Below the pieces are notes generated by a model. The model did no database searches and had not been told where the DNA came from. It was given only the letters and a program-made list of their open reading frames with translations. Positions 28,345 to 29,976 of a DNA stretch of 29,976 bases are shown here, piece after piece. Position numbers and translations under genes: made by a program. Where the stretch lies: positions 1-29,976 of the forward strand of contig JANNXQ010000073.1 in the NCBI GenBank assembly GCA_031409655.1, in the 5' to 3' direction. How positions within the stretch are numbered: position 1 is the first letter of the stretch; each line of letters starts with the position of its first letter. Source of the DNA: Chthoniobacteraceae bacterium (GTDB lineage: Bacteria > Verrucomicrobiota > Verrucomicrobiia > Chthoniobacterales > Chthoniobacteraceae).

Positions 28345-29976
28345 ATGAAGCTCCCCCTCCTGCTGGTTGTCCTGCATCCCGCGCTCGCCTCCCTTTGCGC
28401 AGCGGAAAGCGCCCCGCAAAAGACCAGCCTCGCCGCGCTGACCCAGGGCGTGCAGACCATCGCCAGCCCTGGCTCGCCGGGCCGCGTGGGGGTCTTCGGT
28501 GACGCGGCGTTTCCCGTCGTTGTCGGCCAGGCGGGGAAGACCGTGCAGCCCGTGGTCGGCGCGGCGGAGTGGGGCCAAGGGCGAGTGGTGGTCTTCGGAC
28601 ACGGCGGCTATTTCGACGCCGCGACAACGCAGGAAATGGACAGCGGGAAATTTCTCGCAAACTGCGTGCGCTGGGCCGCGCGGGGGGCGCCGCAGCCGCG
28701 GGTTGTTTTCGTCGGAAGAAAGGAGCTGGGCGAAACGCTCGCCGCGCTCGGCTTTTCGCCGCAGGCCGCGGACCTCCAGCGGCTCTTGCCTGCCGAGGTG
28801 CTCGTGGCTGGCGGGCGCATCGAGGCGGGCGATGTCGAGCCGCTCGCGAAGTTCATCCGCGCAGGCGGCGGCTTCATCACCGCGGACACGGGCTGGGGCT
28901 GGAAGCAATTGAACCCGGGCAAAGATCTCGCGACGGATCTCCCCGTGAATCGGCTGCTGCACGCCGCCGGGCTGATGATCGCGGACGACACTGTGAGCGA
29001 TACGACGGCGGGCGGCTTCAGCGTCAGTGCGGAAGTGCCGCCGCTCGCGCACGCGGGTCGGGCGCTCGCGGCGGCCATCGCGCATCTCGGCGGCAAAGCG
29101 AAGATGAGTGGCGACGACGCGATGCTCGTCAGCGCCACGCTGGTGGGTGCTCTGGACAGCCTGCCGCCGGACGACACGCTCTTTCTCCCGCGCCTGCGCG
29201 CGCTCGCGGTCGATCCAAAGGCAAACGTGGTGCCGTCGCCGAAGTCCCCGGTCGCGACGGACAATCTGGCCGGGCGCCTGCTGGTGACCATTCAGGGACA
29301 AACGCTCCGCAAGCTGCCGCCCGAGCAGACGCGCGCGCACCCGGCGGCGGAGATCTTCCCCGGCTCGGTCGCGAAAGCCGCGCCGCGGCTCGCAAATGTC
29401 GCGGTGACGGTGGACACGAAAGTGCCCGCCTGGCACAGCACCGGACTCTACGCAGCGCCGGGCGAAGTCATCACCGTGACCATCCCTCCGGCGGCGGCGA
29501 AGAAAAAGCTGCGCGTGCGCATCGGCGCGCACAAAGACGAGTTGTGGCACCTCGATTCCTGGAAGCGCTTCCCCGAGATCACGCGCGAGTTTCCGCTCGA
29601 TGCAGCGCTGACGAAGGCTGCGGGAGCGTTTGGCGGACTGGTGTACATCGACGTCCCGAAGGACGCGGACCTCGGCCTCGTCGCTGTGCAAATTTCCGGC
29701 ACGGTCGCCGCGCCACTCTACGTCCACGGGAAGACGAGCGTGGCGGACTGGCGGGCGAAAATCCGCGTCGCCCCCGCACCCTGGGGGGAACTCGCGACCT
29801 CCAAAGTGATCCTCACCCTGCCGAGCGAAGTCCTGCGCAAGCTCGACGATCCGAAGGCGCTCATGGACGTGTGGGATCGCGTGCTCGATCTCGAAGCCGA
29901 GCTCGCGGCCATCCCCGCCGAGCGCGAGCGTCCGGAGCGCATCGTCTGCGACGAGCAGATCTCCGCCGGCTACATG
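28345..29976 (+). CDS. Secreted M60-like metallopeptidase, TCAF/FAM115-like (3' truncated by the window edge)
   Basis: Open frame of 544 codons from ATG 28345 to the window end, read by hand (absent from the ORF track because it has no stop): MKLPLLLVVL..., GQGRVVVFGH, AHPAAEIFPG, WHSTGLYAAPGE, IGAHKDELW, FGGLVYI, APWGEL, ERIVCDEQISAGYM. Confidence 0.85.
   Translation, partial: MKLPLLLVVLHPALASLCAAESAPQKTSLAALTQGVQTIASPGSPGRVGVFGDAAFPVVVGQAGKTVQPVVGAAEWGQGRVVVFGHGGYFDAATTQEMDSGKFLANCVRWAARGAPQPRVVFVGRKELGETLAALGFSPQAADLQRLLPAEVLVAGGRIEAGDVEPLAKFIRAGGGFITADTGWGWKQLNPGKDLATDLPVNRLLHAAGLMIADDTVSDTTAGGFSVSAEVPPLAHAGRALAAAIAHLGGKAKMSGDDAMLVSATLVGALDSLPPDDTLFLPRLRALAVDPKANVVPSPKSPVATDNLAGRLLVTIQGQTLRKLPPEQTRAHPAAEIFPGSVAKAAPRLANVAVTVDTKVPAWHSTGLYAAPGEVITVTIPPAAAKKKLRVRIGAHKDELWHLDSWKRFPEITREFPLDAALTKAAGAFGGLVYIDVPKDADLGLVAVQISGTVAAPLYVHGKTSVADWRAKIRVAPAPWGELATSKVILTLPSEVLRKLDDPKALMDVWDRVLDLEAELAAIPAERERPERIVCDEQISAGYM

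Noticed and set aside
28153..29727. 524-aa minus-strand ORF
   Set aside because: Antisense to the M60/TCAF-like gene, which has a signal peptide and conserved motifs.

Overview
High-GC bacterial chromosomal segment, most consistent with Verrucomicrobiota (Chthoniobacter-like). That assignment is an inference from the PEP-CTERM protein, the gene content and the intergenic repeat style. The window holds about 24 CDSs and tRNA-Ser(TGA). Housekeeping genes: pdxH, glycerate kinase, fabD, nadA, class I lysS, argH. Signalling and stress genes: a CHASE3/PAS histidine kinase with an Rcp1-like response regulator, a Fur-family regulator, and divergent oxyR-katG with a clear OxyR box. Envelope and secreted functions: WecA-like transferase, O-antigen ligase-like protein, GT2, PEP-CTERM protein, a DUF5722-like putative glycoside hydrolase, a lipase-like lipoprotein, and a TCAF/M60-like peptidase that is truncated at the window edge and missing from the ORF track. 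There is also an MFS-PfkB operon. I see no CRISPR, prophage, intact transposase or defence system. The most unusual signals are non-coding: several intergenic elements built from short tandem 6- or 7-nt repeats, mostly arranged as inverted arms (at least four different unit sequences); a nested REP/MITE-like palindrome; and a pervasive pyrimidine/C-rich, Shine-Dalgarno-less context before start codons. All family calls come from motif recognition by eye, with no database searches.
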